Source: Candidatus Lustribacter sp. (GTDB taxonomy: Bacteria; Vulcanimicrobiota; Vulcanimicrobiia; Vulcanimicrobiales; Vulcanimicrobiaceae). Taken from it: a stretch of 64,000 bases of DNA. The translations under genes were made by a program, and so were the position numbers. The notes beneath the pieces were generated by a model, which ran no database searches, had not been told where the DNA came from, and was given only the letters and a program-made list of their open reading frames with translations. Shown piece by piece: positions 1 through 9,590 of this stretch (positions are counted from its first letter, which is position 1; each line of letters starts with the position of its first letter). The stretch lies in the NCBI GenBank assembly GCA_965277805.1, contig OZ255842.1:1440001-1504000 (forward strand), written 5' to 3'.

Positions 1-1
1 C

Positions 2-760
2 TACTACGGCGTGATGAAGCGCAATCCGGTGTTCCACCTCACCGCGGTCACATCGCGGCGCGATGCACTTTTTCAGACGGTGTCGATCGGCGGCCGGTGG
101 CTGGCGCGTACGGATACGGCCCAACTCGGTTCGATCAAGACCGAAGCCACAATCTGGTCGATCTTGCGTCAAGCCGTGCGCGAGCCGTTGGCCGTCTACG
201 CGCCGGCGTCGACGGGCGGTATGTACAACGTGCGGGTCTCGCTACGGCAGCGGTATCCGGGCGAGGCGCGCAATGCGCTGGCGGCGGTGTTCGCCTCGAC
301 GGCCGACGTCAAGCATGCCTTCGTCGTCGATCCCGACGTCGACGTGTTCGATTCGGAACAAATGGACTGGGCGCTGGCCACGCGCTTTCAAGGTGACCGC
401 GACCTCTTGCTCGGTTCCGGCTTTCGCGCCGTGCCGCTCGACCCGTCGCTCGAGGGCCAGCGCGTCGGCGCAAAGGCGGGCTTCGATCTGACGCGCCCGT
501 TCGGCAAAGGCGATGCGCTCGAATTCACTATTCCGGAGCCCCCGCTGTGGCACGAGGGTGTACGAAATTCGGTGCTCGATGCGCTGACGAACGGACCGTG
601 CACTTTTTTTGAATTGATGCAGATGCTCGGTACGCGTGACGGCCGCGACGTCGTCGCAGCGCTCGGCGAACTCTACGACGCAAACCGGCTCGGTCGGACC
701 GACGACGGCCGCTACATCCTCATCGCGCAAGAAACCACGGAAGGACCGTCAGCATCATGA
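2..760 (+). CDS. UbiD family (prFMN-dependent) decarboxylase, C-terminal part (5' truncated)
   Basis: Frame is open from the window start. UbiD-like motifs: K..PVFHLTAVTSRRD, KHAFVVDPDVDVFD..MDWALATRFQGDRD, PLDPS, AKAGFDLT. Confidence 0.85.
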   Translation, partial: YYGVMKRNPVFHLTAVTSRRDALFQTVSIGGRWLARTDTAQLGSIKTEATIWSILRQAVREPLAVYAPASTGGMYNVRVSLRQRYPGEARNALAAVFASTADVKHAFVVDPDVDVFDSEQMDWALATRFQGDRDLLLGSGFRAVPLDPSLEGQRVGAKAGFDLTRPFGKGDALEFTIPEPPLWHEGVRNSVLDALTNGPCTFFELMQMLGTRDGRDVVAALGELYDANRLGRTDDGRYILIAQETTEGPSAS

Positions 761-1632
761 CCGACTCGTCGAAGACTTCATCCGCGACAACCGTCAAGCT
801 GACGGCCGACGGAAAGCCGCAGGGGTTTCTGCAACCGCTTGCCGAGCGCACGGTCACGCGCTACGAGCGGCGCGATGACGGCATCGCGGTCCTCACGCTG
901 GACCGGCCGAACAAGCTCAACGCGTTCGACGAATTGATGATACGCGAAATCCGCGCCACGATCTGGGAGGCGAACTTCGATCAGCGCGTCAAGGTCGTCG
1001 TCATCACGGGAGCGGGCCGCGCGTTCTGCTCCGGCCGCGATATCAACGGGCTCGACTACGAGAACAATCTCTCGACCCCCGAATACCGGGCCTACGTTCG
1101 CGCCAATCACGAAATGCTCGACGATATTGAGGCGATCGAGAAGCCGGTGATCGCCGCGATCAACGGCATCGCGGCCGGCGGCGGGACCGAGATCGCTATC
1201 GCGTGCGATTTCCGTATCGTTTCCGATCGCGCGTCGTTTCTGCTGCCGGAGAACCAGCTCGGCGTGATCCCGGCATCCGGCGCGTGCTCGCGTCTCACCC
1301 AGATGATCGGCCTGGGCCGCTTGAAGGAGATGGTGATCGCGGCGCTACCGATCGAGGCGCAACGTGCTTACGATATCGGTCTTGCGACGCGCGTGGTCCC
1401 GCACGACGTTTTCATGGATGGTGTATTCGATTTCGCCCGCATCCTGTTGGCGCGTGCGCCGCTGGCGATGGGCATGGCGAAGCACATCATCAACACGTGC
1501 CAAAACGTCGACACCGAAACCGGTCGTATTCTCGAGCGGCTCGGTCAATCGATCCTCATCCAAACCCGCGACAACACCGAAGGCATGGCGGCGTTCATCG
1601 AAAAGAGGCCGGCGCGTTTCGAGGGACGCTGA
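757..1632 (+). CDS. Enoyl-CoA hydratase/isomerase (crotonase) family
   Basis: TLDRPNKLNAF, GRAFCSGRD, KPVIAAINGIAAGGG, PENQLGVIP, EGMAAFIEKR. Confidence 0.92.
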   Translation: MTDSSKTSSATTVKLTADGKPQGFLQPLAERTVTRYERRDDGIAVLTLDRPNKLNAFDELMIREIRATIWEANFDQRVKVVVITGAGRAFCSGRDINGLDYENNLSTPEYRAYVRANHEMLDDIEAIEKPVIAAINGIAAGGGTEIAIACDFRIVSDRASFLLPENQLGVIPASGACSRLTQMIGLGRLKEMVIAALPIEAQRAYDIGLATRVVPHDVFMDGVFDFARILLARAPLAMGMAKHIINTCQNVDTETGRILERLGQSILIQTRDNTEGMAAFIEKRPARFEGR

Positions 1633-1633
1633 G

Positions 1634-2383
1634 GTGGAACTCGCCGTCGACCGCTATGGCGCCGGCGGACCGGTACTGCTCCTGCTCCACGGCGTTGGCG
1701 CCAACGGTGCGGTGTGGGCGCCCGTGCTCGAGCGCTTGCAAGATCTGTGGCCGGCAAGCATTATCGTGCCCGACCTGCGCGGTCACGGGCGCTCTCCGCG
1801 AGCTGACGCTTACGGCCTCGGGCTGCATGCGGCCGACGTGACCGAACTGCTCATGCCCGGCGACGAAATCTACGTCTGCGGACACTCGATGGGTGGAGCG
1901 ATCGCGCTCATCCTCGCCGGCGGCTGGTTCGGCATTTCGGTCTCCGGAACGCTGGCGTTCAGCATGAAGACGGCGTTCGATGCAGCGGAATTGGAGAAAG
2001 CGCGCTCGTTTGCACAAACCCCGGCGCGGCGGTTCGCCACACGCGACGAGGCGCTGGAGCGTTACCTGCGGGTGGCCGGGCTTTCGGGACTGGTGCCGCT
2101 CGATTCGGCCATTGCGCAGGCCGGCGTCCTCGAGCGCGACGGCAGCTGGGAACTCGCTGCCGATCCGGCGACGGTCCTCGCCGGCGGCCCGGATATCGGC
2201 CCAATGTTTGCCGCCGCGCGCGGCCCGCTCATCGTCGCGACCGGGGAACGCGATCCGATCGCATCGCCGGCCGGGTTGCTCGCGTACGCAAAGCAGTTGC
2301 GCGTCGTTGCCGGTGCGGCCCATAACGTTCACGTAGAAAACCCCGCCGCGATCGCGGCGCTCATCGCGGAGCTGCGGGCCTGA
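1634..2383 (+). CDS. Alpha/beta fold hydrolase
   Basis: GTG at 1634, just after the upstream stop. LLLHGVG, PDLRGHGRS, nucleophile elbow GHSMGG, GAAHNVH. Confidence 0.88.
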   Translation: MELAVDRYGAGGPVLLLLHGVGANGAVWAPVLERLQDLWPASIIVPDLRGHGRSPRADAYGLGLHAADVTELLMPGDEIYVCGHSMGGAIALILAGGWFGISVSGTLAFSMKTAFDAAELEKARSFAQTPARRFATRDEALERYLRVAGLSGLVPLDSAIAQAGVLERDGSWELAADPATVLAGGPDIGPMFAAARGPLIVATGERDPIASPAGLLAYAKQLRVVAGAAHNVHVENPAAIAALIAELRA

Positions 2384-3564
2384 TGGCCGCCGCCGCGGTT
2401 TGGGATCGCGTCCCGATCATCATCTCGTTTGCGGAGCAACTGCAGATGACGGAGACCTACGGCTTCGTAGGCAGTCAGGGCACGACCGTACTCGAAGGCC
2501 AGCTCTTGCGGCCGCGCGACGCGCTGTCCGAGACCGTGTTCCTGTTCATGCATCCGGCCTCGACGCTGCAGTTGCTGCCGATGCCGGCCGCGCTTGCCGA
2601 TCGCGGCTTGCACGTGCTCTGTGCCGGCAGCCGCTACGCAAAGAACGATAGCGCGCTAATCATGGAAAAAGTCGTCGCCGATCTGGGCGCGTACGTTCGC
2701 TATGCGCGGGAAGAACTCGGCTACCGGTACGTCGTGCTCGTCGGCTGGTCCGGCGGCGGTTCGCTTTCGCTGTTCTATCAGGCGCAGGCAGAGCGGCCGA
2801 CGATCGCGGCCACGCCGGCCGGCGACCCCTACGACCTCACGCAGGCGCAGCTCTCCGCCGCCGACGGGATCGTCTTCATCGCCGCGCACCTCAGCCGAGC
2901 GGAAACGCTGACGGAATGGCTCGACCCATCGGTGCGCAACGAACGCGATCCCGACGACCGCGACCTCACTTATGACATCTACGCCGCGACGTGTCCGAAC
3001 GTTCCGCCGTTCAGTGCGGATTTCGTCACGGCGTTTCGTGCGCGTCAGGTCGAGCGCAATCAGAAGATCACGAACTGGGCGCTCGACATGCTCGCGACGC
3101 TCAAGCGGAAGGATGACGGCGAGCGCGAGCGTGCGTTTGTGGTCCACCGGACGATGTGCGACGTGCGCTGGATCGACACCACGATCGATCCGAACGGACG
3201 CCGGCCGAACTGGTGTTACCTCGGCGATCCCCGCATCGTAAATTGCGGTCCCGTCGGGCTCGCGCGCTTCACGACGTTGCGTTCGTGGCTCTCACAGTGG
3301 TCGCTCACAACCTCGAACGCAAAGGGGCGCGACAACGCGGCTCGGATTCACGCGACGCCCGTCCTGCAAATCGAAAACGGCGCAGACGACGCGGTTCCGG
3401 CCACGCACAATCCTGCGATTTTCGCCGCGTTGGCAACGCCCGACAAGCAACTCGTGCACATCGACGGCGCCACCCACTACTACCTCGGTCAACCCGAACA
3501 GCTCGAGCAGTGCATCTCGACCGTCGTCGCGTGGTGCCGCGAACGCTCGCTGCTGCCGGCGTAA
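2383..3564 (+). CDS. Alpha/beta hydrolase of unknown substrate
   Basis: TGATG coupling to the upstream gene. GWSGGG elbow, ADDAV Asp, GATHYY His. Confidence 0.8.
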   Translation: MAAAAVWDRVPIIISFAEQLQMTETYGFVGSQGTTVLEGQLLRPRDALSETVFLFMHPASTLQLLPMPAALADRGLHVLCAGSRYAKNDSALIMEKVVADLGAYVRYAREELGYRYVVLVGWSGGGSLSLFYQAQAERPTIAATPAGDPYDLTQAQLSAADGIVFIAAHLSRAETLTEWLDPSVRNERDPDDRDLTYDIYAATCPNVPPFSADFVTAFRARQVERNQKITNWALDMLATLKRKDDGERERAFVVHRTMCDVRWIDTTIDPNGRRPNWCYLGDPRIVNCGPVGLARFTTLRSWLSQWSLTTSNAKGRDNAARIHATPVLQIENGADDAVPATHNPAIFAALATPDKQLVHIDGATHYYLGQPEQLEQCISTVVAWCRERSLLPA

Positions 3565-3565
3565 G

Positions 3566-4090
3566 TCAGCCGTGATGTGCGCCGAGGCCGCCGACCGGGG
3601 TGTGTTGTTCCGTCGTCCCGACTAGCTTCCAGCGATCGTAAATATCTCGCGCCTTTCGCGCTTCCTCGTCGTCGAAAGCGATCAGATTGGTCGATAACTC
3701 GAGCCGGATTTCGTTGGGGTCGAAGAAGTAGATCGACATCACGGCGCCGTGATCGATTTCCCCGACAACCGGGACGCCGCAGACGCGGAAGTGTTCCTTC
3801 CACGCGCGCAGCATCTCAACGTTGCGCACTTCGAAGGCAAAGTGCCGCAACGGATGCAGCCGTTGCACCTCGTCGGGTGCTTCGTCATAGAACGTGTAGG
3901 CCAACGTGCTGCCGTCGGCGAGCGCGTACTGTGTCTCGAGGTACTCGTGTCCGCGCTCGTCGCTCCCCGTTCGCGCATCGACGAGCGGCAAGCGCAGCAC
4001 CTCGGTACAGAAGCGATGCGTTTTCTCGGCGTCGTAGCCGATGAACGATACCCGTTCGGTCGCCGTTAGGCCGGACGGCGCGTCAGGCAT
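3566..4090 (-). CDS. VOC (glyoxalase/bleomycin resistance/dioxygenase) family protein
   Basis: ATG at 4090. LRHFAFEV, SIYFFDPNEIRLELS. Confidence 0.85.
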   Translation of the reverse strand: MPDAPSGLTATERVSFIGYDAEKTHRFCTEVLRLPLVDARTGSDERGHEYLETQYALADGSTLAYTFYDEAPDEVQRLHPLRHFAFEVRNVEMLRAWKEHFRVCGVPVVGEIDHGAVMSIYFFDPNEIRLELSTNLIAFDDEEARKARDIYDRWKLVGTTEQHTPVGGLGAHHG

Positions 4091-4598
4091 GCGCGGGCGT
4101 GCGCTTCGCAACCCAGGCGGCGAGCGTCGCTTGTGCGCGTTCGGCTGCTGCCGGCGTGCGCGCGGGTAATGGTCCGGCAATCTTCCAGCGCAGGCCTTCG
4201 GGATCGCGGAAAGCGATGACGAGGTGACCGTCGGAATCGCGTTCGTCGTCGACCGCAACGCCGGCCGCGATGAGATGCTCGCGCCAGCGCCCGACCGCAT
4301 CGTGCGAGGGCGCCTGCAGCGAGCAATAGCGGGCCGCGTTGTCGGCCCAACCGGGCCCCGGATCGAGCGTCGCGCGGTCGATCGCGAAATACGCGACGTT
4401 GCCTTGCCGGCCCAACTCGTAGAAGACGTGCATGTGCGGGCTATAGAGCCCGGTGCTGGGAACGTGCAGGTTCGTTACCGCCCACGAGAAGCGCAAGCCG
4501 ACGACGTCGGTCCAGAAGCGATGTGTGTCCTCGATCGCATCGGCGATGAAGGCGAGATGATGGGCTCCTTCGATTCGAAGCTCGTCGCTCGGTATCAT
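4083..4598 (-). CDS. VOC family protein
   Basis: GAHHLAF...TH RFWTDVVGL, HMHVFYEL, FRDPEGLRWKI. Confidence 0.8.
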   Translation of the reverse strand: MIPSDELRIEGAHHLAFIADAIEDTHRFWTDVVGLRFSWAVTNLHVPSTGLYSPHMHVFYELGRQGNVAYFAIDRATLDPGPGWADNAARYCSLQAPSHDAVGRWREHLIAAGVAVDDERDSDGHLVIAFRDPEGLRWKIAGPLPARTPAAAERAQATLAAWVAKRTPAHA

Positions 4599-4740
4599 GG
4601 ACCGGTCCTTCCGCGCTGGGGCAGTTTGCCGAAAGTGTACGCCCGCGCGGGACGCCCGTCAACTTTTCGAAGGTGCCGCGAGGCAGTCCGTTGACGATAT
4701 CATTGACGTCGTTGACCTGCCATTGCTTTTGGAGGTACTG

Positions 4741-5937
4741 ATGCTTGGTTCTTTCCGTTCCGGCGGCCGCACGCTACTCGCGGCGCTCCTACTCGCCGCC
4801 CTGGCCGGCGCCACGGCGCCGGTGCGTGCGGCCGATACCACGCCGTTCGAGATCTATTCGATCGCGTCGCTGACCGGTTTCGGTGCGTTTCTCGGGCAGG
4901 CGCAGCAAGACACGCTGCAGCGTCTGGCTGTCAGCATCAACAGGAACGGCGGCATCAAAGGGCGGCCGATTCATTTCACGATTTATGACGATCAGACGAA
5001 TCCGCAAGTCGACGTGCAACTGGTGAATCAGATTCTGGCTAAGAATGCGAGCGTGCTCGTGGGTCCCGGGCTGACCGCACCGTGCTTAGCCGTCATGCCG
5101 CTCGTTCAAGGCAAGATGGTGTCGTGGTGCGCGTCGCCGGGGATTCATCCCAACAAAGATTCGTATTCGTTTTCTTCGAGCGTCAGCACGACGGATCTGG
5201 TCAAGACATTCGTGCGGTACTTTCGCGGCCGCGGCATGACGCGGTTGGCGGCGTTGGTCCCGACCGACGCCACCGGCCAAGACGCCGACAAGAACCTGGC
5301 CGAAGTGCTCGCGCTGCCGGAAAACAAAGACATCAAGCTCGTCGCGCATGAGTATATGAACAACACGGATCTCTCGGTGTCGGCGCAGATCGCGAAAATC
5401 AAGGCGGCGAATCCGCAAGCGCTGATCGCCTGGACGATCGGAACGCCCACCGCGACCGTCCTTCACGGCGTCAGCGACGGCGGCCTCGATATTCCTGTCG
5501 CGCTTTCGAACGGCAACATGACGTTTGCCGCGATGAAACAGTGGGCGGCGTTCTTGCCGAAGGATCTCTATTTTCCCGGCGCACCGTTTCTGGCGGGCTC
5601 GATGGGCTCGGCGCAGCAGCGAGTCGCGATCCAGCAATTCTTCGACGTAACCAAAGGACAGGGCGTTCAGCCGGATTTTCAGACCGGACTGATCTGGGAT
5701 CCGGCCGTGCTCCTCATCACAGCTTTACGCTCGCTCGGCACCGATGCGACCGCAACCCAAGTGCGCGATTACATCGACAAGATTCATGACTTTGCCGGCA
5801 TTGCCGGCGTCTACGATTTTCGCGACGGCAGTCATCGCGGGCTCTCGCAGAAGGACGTGTTGATCATGCGCTGGGATGTCGCCAAAAACACATGGGTCGC
5901 CGTAAGCAAACTCGGTGGGGCACCGGAGACGCCCTAA
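4741..5937 (+). CDS. ABC substrate-binding protein, Leu/Ile/Val-binding (Peripla_BP_6) family
   Basis: GGAGG RBS. Signal peptide ending VRA-AD. SLTG.GAFLG, NGGIKGRPI..DDQTNP. Confidence 0.88.
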   Translation: MLGSFRSGGRTLLAALLLAALAGATAPVRAADTTPFEIYSIASLTGFGAFLGQAQQDTLQRLAVSINRNGGIKGRPIHFTIYDDQTNPQVDVQLVNQILAKNASVLVGPGLTAPCLAVMPLVQGKMVSWCASPGIHPNKDSYSFSSSVSTTDLVKTFVRYFRGRGMTRLAALVPTDATGQDADKNLAEVLALPENKDIKLVAHEYMNNTDLSVSAQIAKIKAANPQALIAWTIGTPTATVLHGVSDGGLDIPVALSNGNMTFAAMKQWAAFLPKDLYFPGAPFLAGSMGSAQQRVAIQQFFDVTKGQGVQPDFQTGLIWDPAVLLITALRSLGTDATATQVRDYIDKIHDFAGIAGVYDFRDGSHRGLSQKDVLIMRWDVAKNTWVAVSKLGGAPETP

Positions 5938-5986
5938 ACGGACGTCGAGTCGAGGCACAACGGTCGTTGTAGACGAAGGGGCCGCG

Positions 5987-6922
5987 ATGAGAGCTTCGTA
6001 CCGACTACTTGGGATTGCCTTCGCGTTTGCGCTATGCTGCAGCGCCGGCGCTACCGCGCAAACCACGCCCGTGATTCATTTAGGCTTAGCGCCGTTCGAA
6101 GGCCAGGCCGGCCCGTATTATGCGCAGGACCTCGGACTGTTCCAGGCGGCCGGCCTCAACATCGATATCCAACAGTTCAACGGCGGTGCTGCCGTCGTTT
6201 CCGCAATCGCCGGCGGCGCGCTGCAAATCGGCGGCGGGACTCCGCTTCCGCTGGCCCAAGCGCGTGCTCGCGGGATCAAAGTGGTGCTCATCGCTCCCGG
6301 CTACATCTATGACTACAAGGCGCCGACGCCGATCAACGCGCTGGTCGTCGCCGCGAATTCCCCCATCCACGATGCCAAGGACCTGGCGGGCAAGACCGTT
6401 GCGGTGACACAAGTGCGCGGGCTCGACGAGCTCGCCGTTGACGCGTGGCTCGACGGACACGGCGGGGATTCACACAACGTGAAGTACACCGAGTTCCCGC
6501 AGAACGCGATGGCCGACGCGGTCGCGGCGGGACGCGTCGATGCTGCGGAAATCGGCGACCCCGCATTGTCGGGCGCCCTCGAGGCCGGTAAAGTCCGGAT
6601 CCTCGCAAAGGCGTACGACTCGATCGCGAAGCGCCTTTTCGGGTCGGTCTGGTTTGCGAGTGAAGACTGGGCCACACAACACCCCGACGACGTGCGCAAG
6701 TTCGCCGCTGCCATCAATCAAGCCGCGGCCTGGGCGACGCGCAATCCGGTTGCGGCGGCGAAGGTGCTGCAGAAGTACATGAAAGTGACCTATTCCACCG
6801 CGCATGAATACCATGGCCGCACACTCGACCCGTCATTCATCCAGCCCGTCCTCGACGCATCATTCCGCTACAAACTTTTGACGACCCAGATGAGCGCGAA
6901 CGACCTCATCTGGAAGAATTGA
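5987..6922 (+). CDS. ABC substrate-binding protein, SsuA/THI5/NMT1 family
   Basis: Signal peptide. AQDLGLFQAAGLNI, SPIHDAKDLAGKTVAV, GRVDAA. Confidence 0.85.
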   Translation: MRASYRLLGIAFAFALCCSAGATAQTTPVIHLGLAPFEGQAGPYYAQDLGLFQAAGLNIDIQQFNGGAAVVSAIAGGALQIGGGTPLPLAQARARGIKVVLIAPGYIYDYKAPTPINALVVAANSPIHDAKDLAGKTVAVTQVRGLDELAVDAWLDGHGGDSHNVKYTEFPQNAMADAVAAGRVDAAEIGDPALSGALEAGKVRILAKAYDSIAKRLFGSVWFASEDWATQHPDDVRKFAAAINQAAAWATRNPVAAAKVLQKYMKVTYSTAHEYHGRTLDPSFIQPVLDASFRYKLLTTQMSANDLIWKN

Positions 6923-6937
6923 TTTCGGGGTTTGAAG

Positions 6938-7309
6938 CTATCGCGACGGCAATAGTGCTACGGCGAACGCGCACCAGCCGGCCACGAATGCCAATCCGCC
7001 GAGGGGCGTGACGGCGCCGAGGATCCGTTTACCGGTCAGGGCGAGCGCGTACAGGCTTCCGCTGAAGATGAGGATGCCGGCAAAAAGGAGCCAGGCGGCC
7101 GCGGTTGCGGCCGCTCCGCCCACGACGCCCGAGCGGATCGCGAGCCCGAGCGCTAGCAGCCCGAGGGCGTGCGTAACGTGGTAAAACACCGCGCGCTCAT
7201 AAATACCCATCGCGTAAGCGTCGAGCCGTTCGCGCAAGGCGTGCGCGCCGAAGGCTCCGATCATCACGGCCAGCGCCAGTAACACCGCCGACACGACACT
7301 CCACCACAT
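6938..7309 (-). CDS. DUF423 family membrane protein
   Basis: GAFGAHAL, YHVTHAL, GILIFSGSLY, TPLGG...GW. Confidence 0.9.
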   Translation of the reverse strand: MWWSVVSAVLLALAVMIGAFGAHALRERLDAYAMGIYERAVFYHVTHALGLLALGLAIRSGVVGGAAATAAAWLLFAGILIFSGSLYALALTGKRILGAVTPLGGLAFVAGWCAFAVALLPSR

Positions 7310-7408
7310 CTTAGCGGCGACCTTATGCGACGCCGCTCAAAAATCCGCGTCCCGCCGGGACCACGCCGACAGGCGAGGAGCATGCCTGCAATCGGAGAAG
7401 GGCGCGCG

Positions 7409-9559
7409 ATGACGACGACGACACTCGGAGTCCTTACCGGCAACGAGCGGCGGGTCGAAGGCCGCGAGAAGGTCAGCGGCGCGGCGCAGTATGCGGCGGA
7501 TATGCGCCGGACCGGGATGCTGTGGGCCGCGTTCGTGATCTCACCGCACCCTCACGCCCGCATCGTACGCATCGACAGCGCGGCTGCCAAAGCGCTGCCG
7601 GGCGTGCACGCGGTGCTGACCGCTGCGGACATCGGCGAAGTCCGGTTCGGATCGGTGCTTGCTGACTGGCCGGTATTGGCGTCGGAACGCGTGCGTTTGA
7701 TCGGTGACTATGTCGCCGCTGTGGCGGCGGAAACGCGCGAGCAAGCCGAGGCAGCGGCGGCGGCGGTCGACGTCGTCTATGAAGAGTTGCCGCCGATCCT
7801 CGACACCGCCGCAGCGATCCGCGACGGCGCGCCGCTGGTCCACGAGAACGACGAGCAGTATGCCTTTACCGCCGGCACGCGCGCGCCGCGGCCCTATCCG
7901 AATCTGCAAGGCCACGATCTGGTCGTGAAGGGCGACCCCGACGAAGCCTTTGCTTCCGCCGAGCACATCTTCGAGCACACGTACCGCACGCCGCGCTATC
8001 ATCCCGGTTACATCGAGCCGCGCGCGGCGATGGTGTGGATCGACGGGAGCGGCGCAGTGCACGTGGTGTGTCCGACCAAGGCGCCCTACTCGCACCGCGA
8101 CATGATCGCGCGCACGATCGGCCTGCCGAAAGACAAAGTAATCGTCGAGCCGAGCTTCATCGGGGGCGACTTTGGACCCAAAGGCACGATGGTCGACGAT
8201 CTGCCGCTCTACTATCTCGCCCGCGTCACCGGCCGCGCCGTCAAGTACGTGCGCTCGTACAATGAGGACCTGCGCTCGGGCACGGTTCGCCACGCCTCGA
8301 CCGTTCACGTGCGGCTCGGCCTCGGGGCCGGCGGAAAAATAACAGCTCTCGATCTGCGCGTGATCTACGACGGCGGCGCATACGCGGCGGTGAAGTCACT
8401 GCCGTGGCTGCTTCCCGGACGCGCACCCAAATTGCCCTACGCGATCCCCAACGCGCGCGTCGAACGCATGGCCGTCTACACGAACACGATCCCGACCGGC
8501 GCCGTGCGGGCTCCGGGCGACGTGCAGATCTTCTTTGCGCTGGAGTCGGCCATGGATGCGATCGCCGCGGAACTTCGGCTCGATCCGTTCGAGTTGCGGC
8601 TGCGCAACGCGGCGGGTCCCGGCGACACCGATCTGGAGGGCGGGCAGATCGCACGCCCGCGTCCGCGCGAAGTGCTCATGACGTTGCGCGAGGCGATCGG
8701 CTGGGACCGGCCGCCCCTTCCGGGGCGCGGCCGCGGCATCGCGCTGACCGCACGACATATCGCCGGCGGCAAATCGAGCCTGGTCGCAACCGCGCATCCC
8801 GACGGCCGCATCGAGGTCGAGACCGGCGCCGTCGAGCCGGGTACCGGCGCCTTCACCGTGATCAGCCGCATTCTCGCGAGCGAGTTGGGCATCGATCCGG
8901 CGCGCATCACCGTATCGCGCGGCGATACGAACAGCGCGCCGCACGATCCCGGCAGCGGCGGCAGCAAAGGGACCGTCATTTTGGGACATGCCGCACTCGA
9001 CGCCGCGCAGAAACTGCGCGCGGCGTTAGCGGAGCATCCCGCAGGGCCCGTGCGCGTCGCCGGGGAGACGCCGCAACTCGGCAAGCCCGGTGATCCGGCG
9101 TGGCTCAACTATTGCGGTTACGGCGTCGAGCTCTCGGTCGACGCGGAGACCGGAGCCATCCGCATCTACGATGTCGCAATGGTCGTCGACGTTGGTGCGA
9201 TCATCAACCCGATCGGGCACCGTGGACAGCTCGAAGGCGCATTCTCAATGGGGCTCGGCCACGCGCTCACGGAGGAACTCTATCTCGAGGGCGGTCGCAT
9301 CACGAACCCGACCCTCGCTGATTATAAACTACCGTGCCAGCGCGACATGCCGCCGCTGCGAATCGTGGAACTCTCGCCCGACGGCGGTCCCGGCCCCTTC
9401 GGAGCGAAGGCCGGCGGCGAATTTAACGTCGCCGGTGTCGCTCCGGCGATTGGAAACGCGATCGCCGCCGCCTGCGGCGTCCGGCTCGACGCGATGTCCT
9501 TCACGGCGGAGCGCATCTATGCGGCCTTGCACGACGGCCGCGGGGTAGCGCCTGCTTGA
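7409..9559 (+). CDS. Xanthine dehydrogenase family molybdopterin-binding large subunit
   Basis: REKVSGAAQYAAD, SPHPHARI, GGDFG.KG, GAVRAPG, TLADYKLP, GPFGAKAGGE. Start placed at ATG 7409. Confidence 0.9.
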   Translation: MTTTTLGVLTGNERRVEGREKVSGAAQYAADMRRTGMLWAAFVISPHPHARIVRIDSAAAKALPGVHAVLTAADIGEVRFGSVLADWPVLASERVRLIGDYVAAVAAETREQAEAAAAAVDVVYEELPPILDTAAAIRDGAPLVHENDEQYAFTAGTRAPRPYPNLQGHDLVVKGDPDEAFASAEHIFEHTYRTPRYHPGYIEPRAAMVWIDGSGAVHVVCPTKAPYSHRDMIARTIGLPKDKVIVEPSFIGGDFGPKGTMVDDLPLYYLARVTGRAVKYVRSYNEDLRSGTVRHASTVHVRLGLGAGGKITALDLRVIYDGGAYAAVKSLPWLLPGRAPKLPYAIPNARVERMAVYTNTIPTGAVRAPGDVQIFFALESAMDAIAAELRLDPFELRLRNAAGPGDTDLEGGQIARPRPREVLMTLREAIGWDRPPLPGRGRGIALTARHIAGGKSSLVATAHPDGRIEVETGAVEPGTGAFTVISRILASELGIDPARITVSRGDTNSAPHDPGSGGSKGTVILGHAALDAAQKLRAALAEHPAGPVRVAGETPQLGKPGDPAWLNYCGYGVELSVDAETGAIRIYDVAMVVDVGAIINPIGHRGQLEGAFSMGLGHALTEELYLEGGRITNPTLADYKLPCQRDMPPLRIVELSPDGGPGPFGAKAGGEFNVAGVAPAIGNAIAAACGVRLDAMSFTAERIYAALHDGRGVAPA

Positions 9560-9590
9560 AATTCCCACAGAACGGGGATAGGGGTGCAGC

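Noticed and set aside
7409-9559. Aerobic CO dehydrogenase CoxL
   Set aside because: Lacks AYxCSFR or AYxGAGR; no coxM/coxS
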